A stretch of DNA of 64,000 nucleotides, taken from contig NC_086102.1 in assembly GCF_963921235.1 (NCBI RefSeq), positions 161,634,001 through 161,698,000 of the forward strand. The letters run 5' to 3'. The notes under the pieces are model-generated. The model saw only the letters and a program-made list of their open reading frames with translations. It was not told where the DNA came from and searched no databases. The translations under genes were made by a program, and so were the position numbers. The DNA is from Mobula hypostoma. Its lineage: Eukaryota. Positions 60,830-64,000 of the stretch are shown piece after piece. The stretch's first letter is position 1. Each line of letters begins with the position of its first letter.

Positions 60830-62445
60830 ATTACCATCAACAGATCACTTGCAATACCAGAGGAAACAACACACTGGACTATTGTTACACCAAGTTCAAG
60901 AATGCCTACAATGCTATTCCACGCCCTCACTTCGGGAAGTCTGATCACCTGGCTGTACTTCTACTCCCTGAGTATAGGCAGAGACTGAAGTCTGCAGCAC
61001 CAGCAGTGAGGGCCAAGAAGGTGTGGACAAGGGAAGCACAGGAGTGCTTACAGGACTGCTTTAAATCGGTGGACTGGACTGTATTCATTAAAACCTGTGT
61101 GGATGAGTGTGTGCCTACAAAGACTTACTGTACATTCCCAAACCAAAAGCCATGGATGAACCAGGAGGTATGTCGCCTGGTGAAGGCTAGATCTGTGGTG
61201 TTCAAGTCTGGCAACCCAGGCCTGTGTCAGAAAACCAGGTATGATTTGCGGAGGGCTATTTCAAGGGTAAAAGGACAAATTAGAACGAGGTTGGAGGCGG
61301 TATCAGATGCATGGCAACTCTGGCAGGGTCTGCAAAACATTACTTCCTACAAAGCAAAACCCAGTAGTATGAATGGCAGTGATGCTTCACTACCAGATGA
61401 ACTCAATGCCTCTATGCCCGCTTTGAAAGGAAGATCACAACTACAGCTATGAAGATCCCTGTGATCTCTGTCTCAGAGGCTGATGTTAGACTGTCTTTAA
61501 AGAGAGTGAACCCTCGCAAGGCGTAAGGTCCTGATGGAGTACCTGGTAAGGCTCTGAAAACCTGTGCCAACCAACTAGCGAGAGTATTCAAGGACATTTT
61601 CAACCTCTCAATGCTACAGGCAGAAGTTCCCACTTGCTTCAAAAAGGCAACAATTATACCAGCGCAAGAAGAATGATGTGAGCTGCCTTAATGACTGTAG
61701 CCCGGTAGCACTCACATCGACAGTGATGAAATGCTTTGAGAGGCTGGTTATGACTCGACTGAACTCCTGCCTCAGCAAGGACTTGGACCCATTGCAATTT
61801 GCCTATTGTCACAATAGATCAACGGCAGATGCAATCTCCATGGCTCTTCACACGGCTTTAGACCACATAGACAACAAAAATACTTACGCCAGGATGCTGT
61901 TCATCGACTATAGCCCAGCATTTAATACCATCATTCCCTCAATCCGGATTGAGAAGTTGCAGAACCTGGGCCTCTGTACCTCCTTCTGTAATTGGATCCT
62001 CGACTTCCTAACTAGAAGACCACAGTCTGTGCGGATTGGTGATAACATATCCTCTTCGCTGACGATCAACACTGGTGCACGTCAGGGGTGTGTGCTTAGC
62101 CCACTGCTCTACTCTCTGTATACACATGACTGTGTGGCTAGGCGTAGCTCAAATACCATCTATAAACTTGCTGACGATACAACCATTGTTGGTAGAATCT
62201 CAGGTGGTGACGAGAGGGCGTATAGGAGTAAGATATGCCAACTAGTGGAATGGTGCCACAGCAACAACCTGGCACTTGATGTCAGTAAGATGAAAGAGCT
62301 GATTGTGGACTTCAGGAAGGGTAAGATGAAGTAACACATGCCAATCCTCAGAAGGATCAGAAGTGGAGAGAGTGAGCAGCTTCAAGTTCCTGGGTGTCAA
62401 GATCTCTGAGGATCTAATCTGGTCCCAACATATTGATGTAGTTAT
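60830..62445 (+). mobile_element. Rex1-type LINE ORF (endonuclease end + RT), disrupted
   Basis: LDYCYT / [66 protein letters not shown]; stops and frameshifts. Confidence 0.9.
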
Positions 62446-64000
62446 AGAAACATAGAAAATAGGTGCAGGAGTAGGCCATTCGGCCCTTCGAGCCTGCACC
62501 GCCATTTATTATGATCACGGCTGATCATCCAACTCAGAACCCCGCCCCAGCCTTCCCTCCATACCCCCTGACCCCTGTAGCCACAAGGGCCATATCTAAC
62601 TCCCTCTTAAACATAACCAATGAACTGGCCTCAACAGTTTCCTGTGGCAGAGAATTCCACAGATTCACCACTCTCTGTGTGAAGAAGTTTTTCCTAATCT
62701 CGGTCCTAAAAGGCTTCCCCTCTATCCTCAAACTGTGACCCCTCGTTCTGGACTTCCCCAACATCGGGAACAATCTTCTAAATTCCAACGAGTACAAGCC
62801 CAGTTCATCCAGTCTTTATTCATATGAAAGTCCTGCCATCCCAGGAATCAATCTGGTGAACCTCCTTTGTACTCCCTCTATGGCAAAGATGTCTTTCCTC
62901 AGATTAGGGGACCAAAACTGCACACAATACTCCAGGTGTGGTCTCACCAAGGCCTTGTACAACTGCAGTAGTACCTCCCTGCTCCTGTACTCGAATCCTC
63001 TCGCTATAAATGCCAGCATACCATTCGCTTTTTTCACCGCCTGCTGTACCTGCATGCCCACTTTCAATGACTGGTGTATAATGACACCCAGGTCTTGTTG
63101 CACCTCCCCTTTTCCTAATCGGCCACCATTCAGATAATAATCTGTTTTCCTATTTTTGCCACCAAAATGGATAACTTCACATTTATCCACATTAAATTGC
63201 ATCTGCCATGAGTTTGCCCACTCACCCAACCTATCCAAGTCACCCTGCATCCTCTTAGCATCCTCCTCACAGCTAACACTGCCACCCAGCTTCGTGTCAT
63301 CCACAAACTTGGAGATGCTGCATTTAATTCCCTCATCCAAGTCATTAATATATATTGTAAACAACTGGGGTCCCAGCACTGAGCCTTGCGGTACCCCACT
63401 AGTCACCGCCTGCCATTCTGAAAAGGTCCCGTTTATTCCCACTCTTTGCTTCCTGTCTGCTAACCAATTCTCCACCCACACCAATACCTTACCCCCAATA
63501 CCGTGTGCTTTAAGTTTGCACACTAATCTCCTGTGTGGGACCTTGTCAAAAGCCTTTTGAAAATCCAAATATACCACATCCATTGGTTCTCCCCTATCCA
63601 CTCTACTAATTACATCCTCAAAAAATTCTATGAGATTCGTCAGACATGATTTTCCTTTCACAAATCCATGCTGACTTTGTCCAATCATTTCACCGCTTTC
63701 CAAATGTGCTATTATCACATCCTTGATAACTGACTCCAGCAGTTTCCCCACCACCGACGTTAGGCTAACCGGTCTATAATTCCCCGGTTTCTCTCTCCCT
63801 CCTTTTTTAAAAAGTGGGGTTACATTAGCCACCCTCCAATCCTCAGGAACTAGTCCAGAATCTAACGAGTTTTGAAAAATTATCACTAATGCATCCACTA
63901 TTTCTTGGGCTACTTCCTTAAGCACTCTAGGATGCAGACCATCTGGCCCTGGGGATTTATCTGCCTTCAATCCCTTCAATTTACCTAACACCACTTCCCT
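62446..64000 (-). mobile_element. Young CR1 LINE (RT domain open), runs off the window
   Basis: ORF 62816..63994 with GPDGLHPRVLKE, LDFQKAFDKVPH, GVPQGSVLGP, KFVDDTKLGG; 3' tail abuts and interrupts the Rex1 element. Confidence 0.95.

Noticed and set aside
62816-63994. Reverse transcriptase as a domesticated gene or novel RT system
   Set aside because: Ordinary CR1 ORF2 with a premature stop, a 3' deletion and related copies in the window.
1-64000. CRISPR arrays, rRNA genes or prokaryotic systems
   Set aside because: None seen; the window is spliced vertebrate DNA and its periodicity is explained by titin domain repeats.

Overview
Vertebrate genomic DNA, most likely a cartilaginous fish (inferred from the CR1, Rex1/Babar, V-SINE and Penelope repeat complement; species not determinable). 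The + strand (1-~46460) holds the 3' part of titin (TTN): the end of the giant intronless A-band exon, 31 phase-1 C-zone/P-zone exons, one 5.8-kb exon with A169-A170, titin kinase and most of the M-band, then Mex4/Mex5/Mex6-like exons and a ~1 kb 3'UTR. Next come a convergent, complete 8-exon PLEKHA3 (FAPP1) gene on the - strand, a CpG-rich bidirectional promoter and FKBP7 exon 1 on the + strand, matching the human TTN-PLEKHA3-FKBP7 order. Main oddities: titin Ig domain M7 and two M-line introns are absent; the kinase has an Ala at the Y170-equivalent position, an ELG motif and a G-loop Gly->Ser; a Penelope-type hammerhead ribozyme motif inside an inverted repeat lies in FKBP7 intron 1; an AUG-UGA start-stop sits 2 nt before the PLEKHA3 start codon; FKBP7 has HY->HC in the PPIase pocket. 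Exon boundaries were read by eye from GT/AG sites and frame continuity. Comparisons with human proteins are from memory and need alignment to confirm.
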